DNA of 37,449 nt from Candidatus Limnocylindrales bacterium (GCA_036257225.1 DATAFZ010000042.1:1-37449), one strand, 5' to 3'; shown: positions 25,639-33,861, counted from the first letter of the stretch. A program made the numbers and translations. Notes: generated by a model from the letters alone, not told the origin.

Positions 25639-26366
25639 CCGCGACCGGCGGACCGGTCGACCTGACCGGCATCGACGCCGTCATCTTCGACAAGGACGGC
25701 ACGCTTATCGACTTCCACGCGATGTGGGGCGGCTGGGCGCGCCAGCTCGGCGAGCGGCTGGACGCGACGATCCGCCGACCGGTCTCGCTCGACGTGTTCG
25801 CGACGATCGGCTTCGATCCCACGACCGGGCGGGTGGCGCCCGGCGGCCCGCTGGCGACCTCGACGATGGCCGGGATCGAGGAGACCGTCGCGCGCGTTCT
25901 GCGGCGCTGGTGCCCGAGCATCGCCGCCGCCCGTCGCGCGACCGAGGCAGCGTGGTTCGTACCCGATCCGGCGACATCGGCGGTGCCGCTCGCGGACCTC
26001 CGAACGATCTTCGATCGACTCAGGACGAGCGGCCGGCGGATCGCGATCGTCACGACCGATGATCGCGCGCCGACGGACGCCGCGCTCCGCGCACTGGGCA
26101 TCCGCGAGCGGGTCGAGGCGATCGTCTGTGGTGACGACGGGTTCGACGTCAAGCCCGCGCCTGATGCGGTGTTCGCGGTGTGTCATGCCTTCCGGATAGA
26201 GCCCGCTCGGGTCGCCGTCGTCGGCGATACCCCGACCGACCTGGCGATGGCGCGGACCGCCGGTGCCGGACGGGTCGTCGGGGTGCGCAGCGGCCTCGGT
26301 AGCGATGCCGACCTCGCGTCGGCCGACGCGATCATCGATTCGATCGGGGACCTGCTGACGAGCTAG
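25560..26366 (+). CDS. HAD-superfamily hydrolase (phosphatase-like); start codon uncertain
   Basis: Motif I VIFDKDGTL, motif II IAIVTTDD, motif IV VVGDTPTDLAMA. The only ATG/GTG/TTG upstream of motif I is the ATG at 25560, 79 nt inside the ATPase gene. Confidence 0.75.
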   Translation: MPRARPTDRGGGGATRRGRRRGGVAVAATGGPVDLTGIDAVIFDKDGTLIDFHAMWGGWARQLGERLDATIRRPVSLDVFATIGFDPTTGRVAPGGPLATSTMAGIEETVARVLRRWCPSIAAARRATEAAWFVPDPATSAVPLADLRTIFDRLRTSGRRIAIVTTDDRAPTDAALRALGIRERVEAIVCGDDGFDVKPAPDAVFAVCHAFRIEPARVAVVGDTPTDLAMARTAGAGRVVGVRSGLGSDADLASADAIIDSIGDLLTS

Positions 26367-26683
26367 GAACGCCGCAGCACTACCTCGTCTAACGCTCGCC
26401 CCAGGGAGCTTCTGCGGCCCATCGTGGCTGGATAGGCCGATCGGGATGAGCGGCCGACCCACTCCCTGCACGACGGTAGCCCGTCATTGCGCCCCGGGGA
26501 CGCGGCTCAACCAGTCGACGCTGCCTAACGCTCTCAGGGCGGGGGTCAGACGAGCACCCGAATGCGGCGGCATCCGGGCGGTGCAGGGCAAGGCGCCGGG
26601 GAGCACGCGAGCGAGCGCAGCCGGCAACGCCGCCATGCGCAGCCAGGTGCCGCTGCCCCCGTACCGATGGGCTATCGCCCCGA

Positions 26684-29600
26684 ATGCCACCAGACCGTAC
26701 CGTCCCAGTGCGGTCCGACGTGCGGACGGCCGGGCCATGCCGCCTTGACGGAGGTCGCACCTCACACCCGATGTCCAGCGCCGAGCACCACGCCGCCCCT
26801 GAGCGGCCGCGAGCGGCGTCGCGGCGTTCGGCTGCTGGCGCCCCACGCGCGGAGACCACGGACCCGACCCGGGCCGATGCGCTCGGCCGGATCGCGGCGA
26901 AGGTCAGCGGCCGGCGTGACCTGACCGGGCTGTTCGACGACATCATCGACGAGGCGTTCGCGCTCTTCGGGGTGGACCGTGCCGCCCTCTGGACGTACGA
27001 CCCGACGGCCGAGCGGCCGCTCGAGCTGGCCGCCCAGCGCGGCCTGCCGCCGGTGATCATCGAGGCTGTCAGCGCCTTGCCCAGGGATGCCCGGACCGCG
27101 GGGATGGACGCCCTGCGCACCCGCCGGGTGCGCGTCCTCGATCGCCAGATGCGCTCGACGACGCCGGCACTCCGCGAGGTCTACAGGGCGATCGGCGTCG
27201 GGTCGGTGTGTTTCGTGCCACTCGTCTACGGCGGGGACGTGCTCGGGTTGCTCGTTCTCTATCACCGCGAGGCCTATGCGTGGACCCGTACCGAGCGCGG
27301 TCTTGCCCGCGCGTTCGGTGACCACATGGCGACCGCGGTCGGCACGGCCAAGCTGGCCGACTCGCGGCGTGGCCTTGCCGACCGCCTGTCGTCGATCGCA
27401 GAGCTCGCCGGCAGGCTCAGCGGCCTGCACGATCGGGCATCGATCGCGGCGGCCATCGTCGAGGAGGCGAAGCGCCTCATCGAGCACGACACCATCCGCG
27501 TCTACCACGTCGACCACGCGACCGGGATGTGCGAGCCCATCGCCTTCGAAGGTACGTTCCTGGGCACGACCGAGCCCGACATGGAAACGCTCCGCATGCC
27601 GATCGGCCAGGGACTGACCGGCTGGGTCGCCGCCAACGGGCGACCACTCCGGCTTCGGGATGCCACACAGGATCCGCGAGGCGTCGTCCTCGGTGACCGC
27701 GATCGGCCGGAATCGATGCTCGTCGTCCCGATGGTCCAGGACGAGCTCGTGCGCGGCGTGATCGTGGTCTCGGCGGTGGGCACCGACCGGTTCGACGCCG
27801 AGGACGAGGTGACCTTGGCGATCTTCGCTGCGGCCGCAGTCCAGGCCGTGATCAACGCCGAGAACCTGGACCGGCTGCGTCGCCAGCAGGCGGAGATGGA
27901 GCTCCAGCTCGAGGGGCAACGCCGGCTCCTCGACGTCAATGAGCGACTGCTGTCCACGCTCGACCCGGCCGGCGTGCTCGAGCTCATCGCCGATTCGCTG
28001 AAAGCCATCGTGCCGTACGACTCCCTGACCATCTACCAGGTCGATCGGGAGGCGGGCGTGCGCCGTGCCGTCATCGCTCGCGACCGATTCGCGGACGAGA
28101 TCCTGGCGCACGAAAGTGCGCTCGGGCCGGGCATCACCGGTTGGGTCATCGATCGTGGGGAGGCGGTGCTGGCGAACCAGGCACACCTCGATCCGCGGTC
28201 GGTCCAGGTGCCGAACACCCCGTTCGAGCCCGAGTCGATCATGGTCGTCCCGCTGCTGGTGAACGGCGCGACGATCGGCACCTTGAACATCGGCCGCCTC
28301 GGTGAGGTGGAGGCGCATTTCTCCGCCAACGAGTTCGAGCTCACGAAGCTCTTCGCCGGCCAGGCGTCGATCGCCATGCAGAACGCCCAGACCCACCGCG
28401 ACGTCCGTGTCCGCGCCGACCAGGACGCGCTGACAGGGCTGCGGAACCACGGTGCCTTCCAGCGTGAGATCGGGGCTGCCGTCGAGGCAGGCCGGCCGTT
28501 CGCCGTGCTCATGCTCGACCTCGACGCGTTCAAGCGGTTCAACGACACGCTCGGCCACCCGGCCGGCGATGGGCTGCTGGTCGAGATCGCCGCTGCGATG
28601 ACGCGAGCGACGCGCGACACGGACCGGATCTACCGTTACGGCGGGGACGAGTTCGCCGCGATCCTGCCCGGTGCGGATCGACTCGTCGCCCACGAGGTGG
28701 CCGAGCGGATCCGGCGAGCGGTCCGCGACCGCACCGCCGCCGCGAGCCCGGGTGGTGCAGATGCCAGCCCGAGCGTGACGATCAGTGCAGGTGTGGCGTG
28801 CTACCCGGAGGATGGCCGGACCAAGGACGAGCTGGTCGCCGTCGCCGACCGGGCGCTGTACCTCGTCAAGCCGGAGCGCAGCGTCGACGCCCGGCTGACC
28901 GACCCGTACCTGCGCGCCCTCGATGAGACCGCGCTCGCCCTCCTCGACCGTGACGAGCCCAACGGCGTGCTCGCCACGATCCTTGGCCGAGCCTCGGCGG
29001 TCCTCGGGACGCCGCACGGCTGGGTCGATCTCGTCGATCCGGACGCCCACCGGCTCGTGCTGCGGGTCGGGACCGGGATGTTCGCTGACATCCAGGATGA
29101 GTCCATCGCCCTCGATGAGGGCGTCGGCGGCGAGGTCGTCCGGACCGGCCAGCCGTTCGCGGTGGCCGACTACGGCGCCTGGGCCGGGCGGTCGGCGACC
29201 ATCGCAGCGGGTTGGCAGCTGGGAGCGACCATCGCCGCGCCCCTCAAGTCGGCCGGCCGTGTCATCGGCGTGCTGGGCCTCGCCGCAGGTGCCACGGCAC
29301 GGGCATGGTCGGCGCGCGACCTGGAAACGGTCTCGAGCTTCGCCCGGCTGGCGGCGATCGGACTCGAGAACGCGCGGCTCGTCGACGTCGCCCAGCGCGG
29401 TGCGCTGTACGACCCGACCACCGGCCTGCCCAACCGGGAACTGCTATCCGACCGCATCGCCCACGCCCTGGCTGGTCATCGACCGGACGACGAGGCGTGC
29501 ATCGGCGTGATCCTGCTCGACCTCGATCGCTTCAAGGTCGTCAATGAGACGCTCGGGCACATCGCCGGCGATCGATTGCTGATGGCCGTCGGCCAGCGGC

Positions 29601-30757
29601 TGATCAACAGCCTCCGCCCTGGCGACACCGTGGCGCGGTTCGGTGGCGACGAGTTCGCGCTCGTGCTCGACCCGGTCGCCGATACGGCCGAGGCACATCG
29701 CATCGCGGAGCGCATCGAGCGCGAGCTCGGCGAGCCGTTCCCGCTCAACGACCGTGACTGGTTCATCACCGCCTCGATCGGGATCGCACTGGCGACGCCC
29801 GGCCGAAGCACGCCCGATGAGCTCCTGCGCGAAGCCGAGATCGCGATGGTCCGTGCCAAGAGCAACGCCGGACAGCGGCATTTCCTGTTCGAGCCGTCGA
29901 TGAGCGACCAGACGCTGGAGCGGCTGGACCTCGAGAATGACCTTCGCCGGGCGATCGACCGCGAGGAGCTGCGCGTCCATTACCAGCCGATCGTCTCGCT
30001 CGTGAACGGCGCGGTCGTCGGGTTCGAGGCGCTCGTCCGCTGGCAGCACCCGTCGCGCGGGCTGGTGCCACCGCTGGCATTCATCCCGATGGCGGAGGAG
30101 ACCGGGCTGATCGTGCCGCTAGGTCGATGGGTGCTCGAGGCTGCCTGCCGCCAGGCCGCGATCTGGAACGCGACGCATACCGGCAAGGGGACGCCACCGC
30201 TGTTCGTCTCGGTCAACCTGTCTGCTCGCCAATTCACCCAGACCGACCTCGTCGAGGATGTGCGACAGACGCTCGCACGGACCGGCCTGGGGGCCGATGC
30301 GCTCGAGCTCGAGATCACCGAGAGTGTGCTGATGGACCAGTCCGAGGCTGGCATCCGCGCACTGCGCGACCTGCGCGGACTCGGCGTGCGCCTCGTGCTC
30401 GACGACTTCGGCACGGGCTACTCGTCGCTGTCATATCTCAAGCACCTCCCGCTCGACACGATCAAGATCGATCGCACCTTCGTGGCCGGCATCGAGGAGA
30501 CCGCCGACCGGTCGATCGTCGACGCCGTCATCGCGCTGGCCCACGGTCTCGGCATCGGGGTCGTGGCCGAAGGCATCGAGACCGACGAGCAGGCAGACCG
30601 CCTGCGGGAGCTCGGCTGCGACCTCGGCCAGGGCTACCTGTTCAGCCGTCCGGTCCCGGCGGAGCAGACGGCCGCCCTGCTCGTGTCATCGCCCACGACC
30701 GGGCCGGCCGCCTCGGCCCCGCGCGCCCGGACGAGGACCCTGCGCCGCGTCGTCTGA
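26684..30757 (+). CDS. Multidomain c-di-GMP signalling protein: GAF-GAF-GAF-GGDEF-GAF-GGDEF-EAL
   Basis: Two complete GGDEF domains (RDTDRIYRYGGDEF and RPGDTVARFGGDEF, each with an RxxD I-site at canonical spacing). EAL domain with EALVRW, NLSARQ, ELEITE, DDFGTGYSSLSYL, KIDRTF, EGIET and QGYLFSRP. Four GAF-like modules. Alternative start at ATG 26771. Confidence 0.9.
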   Translation: MPPDRTVPVRSDVRTAGPCRLDGGRTSHPMSSAEHHAAPERPRAASRRSAAGAPRAETTDPTRADALGRIAAKVSGRRDLTGLFDDIIDEAFALFGVDRAALWTYDPTAERPLELAAQRGLPPVIIEAVSALPRDARTAGMDALRTRRVRVLDRQMRSTTPALREVYRAIGVGSVCFVPLVYGGDVLGLLVLYHREAYAWTRTERGLARAFGDHMATAVGTAKLADSRRGLADRLSSIAELAGRLSGLHDRASIAAAIVEEAKRLIEHDTIRVYHVDHATGMCEPIAFEGTFLGTTEPDMETLRMPIGQGLTGWVAANGRPLRLRDATQDPRGVVLGDRDRPESMLVVPMVQDELVRGVIVVSAVGTDRFDAEDEVTLAIFAAAAVQAVINAENLDRLRRQQAEMELQLEGQRRLLDVNERLLSTLDPAGVLELIADSLKAIVPYDSLTIYQVDREAGVRRAVIARDRFADEILAHESALGPGITGWVIDRGEAVLANQAHLDPRSVQVPNTPFEPESIMVVPLLVNGATIGTLNIGRLGEVEAHFSANEFELTKLFAGQASIAMQNAQTHRDVRVRADQDALTGLRNHGAFQREIGAAVEAGRPFAVLMLDLDAFKRFNDTLGHPAGDGLLVEIAAAMTRATRDTDRIYRYGGDEFAAILPGADRLVAHEVAERIRRAVRDRTAAASPGGADASPSVTISAGVACYPEDGRTKDELVAVADRALYLVKPERSVDARLTDPYLRALDETALALLDRDEPNGVLATILGRASAVLGTPHGWVDLVDPDAHRLVLRVGTGMFADIQDESIALDEGVGGEVVRTGQPFAVADYGAWAGRSATIAAGWQLGATIAAPLKSAGRVIGVLGLAAGATARAWSARDLETVSSFARLAAIGLENARLVDVAQRGALYDPTTGLPNRELLSDRIAHALAGHRPDDEACIGVILLDLDRFKVVNETLGHIAGDRLLMAVGQRLINSLRPGDTVARFGGDEFALVLDPVADTAEAHRIAERIERELGEPFPLNDRDWFITASIGIALATPGRSTPDELLREAEIAMVRAKSNAGQRHFLFEPSMSDQTLERLDLENDLRRAIDREELRVHYQPIVSLVNGAVVGFEALVRWQHPSRGLVPPLAFIPMAEETGLIVPLGRWVLEAACRQAAIWNATHTGKGTPPLFVSVNLSARQFTQTDLVEDVRQTLARTGLGADALELEITESVLMDQSEAGIRALRDLRGLGVRLVLDDFGTGYSSLSYLKHLPLDTIKIDRTFVAGIEETADRSIVDAVIALAHGLGIGVVAEGIETDEQADRLRELGCDLGQGYLFSRPVPAEQTAALLVSSPTTGPAASAPRARTRTLRRVV

Positions 30758-30784
30758 GCCAGCTTCATCGTCCGGACATGGAAC

Positions 30785-30813
30785 GACCCCCGGGGACGAC
30801 TCCTCCGGGGGTC
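30785..30813. terminator. Hairpin between convergent genes (possible bidirectional terminator)
   Basis: 9-bp stem GACCCCCGG / CCGGGGGTC with an 11-nt loop, between the EAL-protein stop (30757) and the BI-1 stop (30836). No clear U-tract. Confidence 0.4.
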
Positions 30814-30835
30814 GGCTGCCGTCAGTGCAGTTGTG

Positions 30836-31585
30836 CTATTCGCGGTTGCCGAAGAGCCGCAGGAGGAACAGGAACAGATTGACGAAGTCCAGATAGAGAT
30901 GCAGGGCGCCGAGGACGGCCGCTTTCTCCGCCGAACCGGTGTAGATAGCGAGATCGCCGTTCTGGATGCGCTGGACGTCGTACGCCGTGAGCGCGGTGAA
31001 GATCACGACGCCGATGATCGAGATGATCCACGACACCGTGTCGTTCAACAGGAAGATGTTGATCACGCTCGCGACCACCAGGCCGATGACGCCCATGAAC
31101 AGCAGGCCGCCAAGACCGGCCAGCGAGCGCTTCGTCACGTGGCCGTAGATCGCGGCCGCCCCGAACATCGCCGACGCCGACAGGAACGCGGTCGCCACCG
31201 ACCCCGCGGTGTAGAACGACACGATCAAGCCGATCGTCAGACCGAGCGACGCCGCATACACGAAGAAGAGGCCGAGGGCAGCCGTCGCACTGATGCGCCG
31301 GATGCCGAACCCGATGCCGAGCGCCAGTGCCAGCTGGCCGACGACGAGGATCAGCCAGTTGTTGCCGGCGAACTCGAGCAGACGCGTGTTGCTCTGGACG
31401 ACGTACGACACGCCGGCGGTGACGGCCAGCCCGACGAACATCCACAGGAACGCCTGGGTCAAGAGCGCCTGCTGGGTGCGGGCGTCGGGGATCGTGCGGG
31501 TCGCGGCGTCAGCCGGTGTGGCCAGCGGCCCGCCAGCGGGTGACGGTGAAGGGACGTAGGGGTTGGTGTACCGCGGATCACTCAT
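30836..31585 (-). CDS. Bax inhibitor-1/YccA-family membrane protein
   Basis: 249 aa, seven hydrophobic segments, a Pro-rich N-terminus then QAFLWMFVGLAVTAG..., and a charged C-terminal tail. Typical BI-1 layout. Confidence 0.85.
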   Translation of the reverse strand: MSDPRYTNPYVPSPSPAGGPLATPADAATRTIPDARTQQALLTQAFLWMFVGLAVTAGVSYVVQSNTRLLEFAGNNWLILVVGQLALALGIGFGIRRISATAALGLFFVYAASLGLTIGLIVSFYTAGSVATAFLSASAMFGAAAIYGHVTKRSLAGLGGLLFMGVIGLVVASVINIFLLNDTVSWIISIIGVVIFTALTAYDVQRIQNGDLAIYTGSAEKAAVLGALHLYLDFVNLFLFLLRLFGNRE

Positions 31586-31656
31586 GCGGCTCGATGCTCC
31601 TCATGCAGGAACGGTGGGTGGAACGTAGCAGATGGCGATGTCAGGAGGAAGGCCGC

Positions 31657-32004
31657 TCACCACATGAGGCCGGCGTCGCGCGGATCCCAGCGCTCGGCCA
31701 GCAGGGTGACTTTGACCTCGTGCTCGACGACGGACTCGACCTGCTCCTTGACCTGGGCGATCATCGACCCGGCATAGGGGCAGAACGGCGTCGTCAGGAT
31801 CATCTTGATCTCGGTCGAGTCTGGCCCGAGCAGGATCTGCTTGATCAACGCCAGCTCGACCACGTTCATGCCGATCTCCGGATCGACGACGGCGCGCAGC
31901 GCATCGAGGATCGCGAGCTCGGTCGCGCGCCGCTCCGGATCGAAGGCGGGTGTTTCCGCATTGGTCGCGGTGGCGGTGTCCTGGGAGGTCGTGGTGTCGG
32001 TCAT
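31657..32004 (-). CDS. DUF59 (MIP18/SufT-like) metal-sulfur cluster assembly factor
   Basis: ILDALRAVVDPEIGMNVVELALI and LTTPFCPYAG motifs. 115 aa. Confidence 0.8.
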   Translation of the reverse strand: MTDTTTSQDTATATNAETPAFDPERRATELAILDALRAVVDPEIGMNVVELALIKQILLGPDSTEIKMILTTPFCPYAGSMIAQVKEQVESVVEHEVKVTLLAERWDPRDAGLMW

Positions 32005-32041
32005 GCTGCGAACAGCGTAGCACCGACTCGGAACGGGACCC

Positions 32042-32359
32042 TCAGCCCCCCTTGACGACGATCCCCGGTACGCGGTACTGCGAGGGCAGGATGGCCGCCT
32101 CGTCGTCGCTGTAGCCCGGCCCCGTGAGCGAGCCGTCCGGCTCGAAGAAGTCGGCGTAGCGCTCGCGGTGCGTGCTGGCGTAGGTGAACGCGGCCGCGAC
32201 GCCGACGGTCCGCAGCTCCGGATGGTCGGTCAGGATGCGGCCGAGGTCGTAGCCGTTGGCGCGCAACTCGAGCAGCTGGCGCACGGTCAGCCTTGACCCG
32301 TAGCAGAACGGCTCCCCGTTCATGACGAGGGGGTCCTGCTGGACCCACTTGATGGTCAT
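32042..32359 (-). CDS. DUF433 domain protein with ~35-aa C-terminal extension
   Basis: DPLVMNGEPFCYGSRLTVRQLLELRANGYDLGRILTDHPELRTVGVAAAFTYA fits the DUF433 pattern (xGxPxIxGTRIxVxxL...yPxLt...aAl.Ya). Confidence 0.7.
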   Translation of the reverse strand: MTIKWVQQDPLVMNGEPFCYGSRLTVRQLLELRANGYDLGRILTDHPELRTVGVAAAFTYASTHRERYADFFEPDGSLTGPGYSDDEAAILPSQYRVPGIVVKGG

Positions 32360-32364
32360 CGAGG

Positions 32365-32847
32365 TCAGCCGCCCTTGTAGATGAACTGCAGGAACGCGTT
32401 GCGCTTGCGCGCGTCGCCGGCGAGGCGACGGTGCCAGCGGTACTGCGCGATCGCCTCGTCGATCGCCCCCTCGGCCAGCGGCAGCTCATCGGGGAGGACC
32501 ACGGCGGGCAGCGCCGCCCGCAGGCCTTCGCACAGGTTGATCAGGTCGTCGAGTGGGACGCGCTTGCGGCGATAGACGGGCGCTGTCCAATCGGCGTACT
32601 CGCGTGCCGGCGCGGGATCGCCTGCACCGACCGCCAGCGCGACGCGCTCGGCGAGCAGTTGCACGTCCCACAGGCGCTGGCGAAGGCCGGCCTCGTCGTT
32701 CCGATCGCGCAGCGTCGGGTCGCGGTCGAGGGCCGTCGCCAGCGACCGAGCGGCCAGGGTCGCAGCCGCGTCCTGGATCCGGCGCGCCGCGGTGGGTGAC
32801 CCGGCGCTGCGGTCGGTCGGCGGACGTCCAAGGCTGGGGTGGCTCAC
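32365..32847 (-). CDS. Hypothetical all-helical protein (faint resemblance to globin/phycobilisome-like helical sensor domains)
   Basis: 160 aa, GTG start, no internal Met. GC3 is about 85% over the codons I checked. Sits 5 nt upstream of the DUF433 gene. No family recognised with confidence. Confidence 0.5.
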   Translation of the reverse strand: MSHPSLGRPPTDRSAGSPTAARRIQDAAATLAARSLATALDRDPTLRDRNDEAGLRQRLWDVQLLAERVALAVGAGDPAPAREYADWTAPVYRRKRVPLDDLINLCEGLRAALPAVVLPDELPLAEGAIDEAIAQYRWHRRLAGDARKRNAFLQFIYKGG

Positions 32848-32908
32848 GGTCCGGAGTCTAGCGTCCGCCCGAGCACGTCGCCATCCGCGTCGCCGCTACG
32901 ATGGCCGC

Positions 32909-33367
32909 GTGGACGAGCAGCGGCCGCGCGAGGTACCGGGCGAGCGACGCCTGACTCGGCCACCGTCGGAGCGGTACGCCACGGCGCCGATCGACGAATC
33001 GGCGGGGGACGCCGGCCCCGGACGTGCGTTCGCGCTCGCCGGCCTCCTCGCGGTCGTCGGAGCCATCGCCATCACGGTCGCCGGCGGCATCTTCGCGATG
33101 ACGGCCGGGCTGGTGGTGATCGCCGTCGCGGTGGGCTGGGCGATCGGCGCGGTCCTGGCGCAGGGCGTCGAGCGCTCGCGGCGGCGTTGGATCGCCCCGC
33201 TCCTCGCCATCCTCGGCGTCGGCATCGGACAGCTCGGCCTGTGGCTGGTCGCTCGGCAGGAGGGCGGGACGCTGGGCCTGGTCGAGTACCTGAGCCAGGT
33301 CTTCGGCTTCCTGGTCCCGCTCGAGCTTGCCGCCGCCGGCGTCGTGGCGTGGTGGCAGGCGCGATGA
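32909..33367 (+). CDS. Small integral membrane protein (3-4 TM), unknown function
   Basis: GTG at 32909 is my guess; the track start is 32792. Hydrophobic stretches LAGLLAVVGAIAITVAGGIFAMTAGLVVIAVAVGWAIGAVL, IAPLLAILGVGIGQLGLWLV and FGFLVPLELAAAGVVAWW. Its stop overlaps the GNAT start (ATGA). Confidence 0.5.
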   Translation: MDEQRPREVPGERRLTRPPSERYATAPIDESAGDAGPGRAFALAGLLAVVGAIAITVAGGIFAMTAGLVVIAVAVGWAIGAVLAQGVERSRRRWIAPLLAILGVGIGQLGLWLVARQEGGTLGLVEYLSQVFGFLVPLELAAAGVVAWWQAR

Positions 33368-33861
33368 CCGCCCGGCCGGAGCTGCAGTTCCGGCATCCCA
33401 CCGAGGACGACCATCGCCGGATCGTCGGGCTCGTCGACGAATGGTGGGGCGGCAGAAGGATGCGTGCGCTCCTGCCGCGGCTCTGGTTCCAGCATTTCGC
33501 TGGCACCTCGTGGATCGCCGAGACACTGGACGGCCGGCTGGCGGGGTTCGTGGTCGCCTTCATCAGTCAGGACGATCCGGCCACCGGGTACGTCCACATG
33601 ATCGCCGCGGACCCCAACCTGCGGCGTGCCGGCATCGGGCGCGCACTGTACGAGCGGGTCATACAGGACCTCGCCCGGCGGGACGTCCGGCGGGTCACCG
33701 CGATCACCTGGCCCGGCAATCGCCAGAGCGTGGCGTTCCACCAGGCGATCGGCTTCCGGGTCGACGACGGTCCGGGCACGCAGAACCTGTACGGGACACC
33801 GGCCTACGCCGACTACGACGGCGAGGGCGAGGACCGCGTGGTGTTCGTACGCGATCTCTGA
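33364..33861 (+). CDS. GNAT-family N-acetyltransferase
   Basis: Part of track ORF 32839..33861, trimmed to the ATG at 33364 (MTARPELQFRH...). Acetyl-CoA motif RRAGIGRALYERV followed by NRQSVAFHQAIGF. Confidence 0.8.
   Translation: MTARPELQFRHPTEDDHRRIVGLVDEWWGGRRMRALLPRLWFQHFAGTSWIAETLDGRLAGFVVAFISQDDPATGYVHMIAADPNLRRAGIGRALYERVIQDLARRDVRRVTAITWPGNRQSVAFHQAIGFRVDDGPGTQNLYGTPAYADYDGEGEDRVVFVRDL

Noticed and set aside
26581-26670. Possible c-di-GMP-I (GEMM) riboswitch upstream of the GGDEF/EAL gene: GCAGGGCAAGG...ACGCGAGCGAGC...GUACCGAUGG loosely recalls the Vc2 aptamer.
   Set aside because: The hallmark GCAAA and GACGCAAAGC elements are degenerate. I could not build the GNRA-tetraloop hairpin or the receptor helix. 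The resemblance at the 3' end falls in a non-conserved part of Vc2. A cmsearch with RF01051 would settle it.
26389-26687. Two different 9-nt direct repeats in the gap: CTAACGCTC at 26389 and 26525, and CCCGAATGC at 26557 and 26679. These might be att-like or repeat-element remnants.
   Set aside because: A repeated 9-mer within ~400 nt is expected by chance at appreciable frequency. No flanking integrase, tRNA or inverted-repeat structure is present.
26484-26738. Small minus-strand ORF (84 aa from the ATG at 26738: MARPSARRTALGRYGLVAFGAIAHRYGG...) in the gene-free region.
   Set aside because: No SD and no recognisable family. It contains the rare codons ATA, AGA and TTA, and its GC3 (~80%) is lower than its neighbours. 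Indistinguishable from the background ORFs.
32042-32370. The two adjacent minus-strand proteins both end in -KGG (FIYKGG and VVKGG). This recalls the Pup C-terminus (...QKGGQ) and ubiquitin-like GG tails.
   Set aside because: There is no terminal Gln/Glu as Pup ligation requires, and no ubiquitin-like fold is evident. Gly codons are abundant at this GC content; EtfA in this window also ends in GGG. Most likely coincidence.
33364-33861. GNAT as a TacT/AtaT-type toxin of a toxin-antitoxin pair.
   Set aside because: The upstream partner is a polytopic membrane protein, not a small RHH/DUF1778 antitoxin. The GNAT sequence looks like a generic acetyltransferase.
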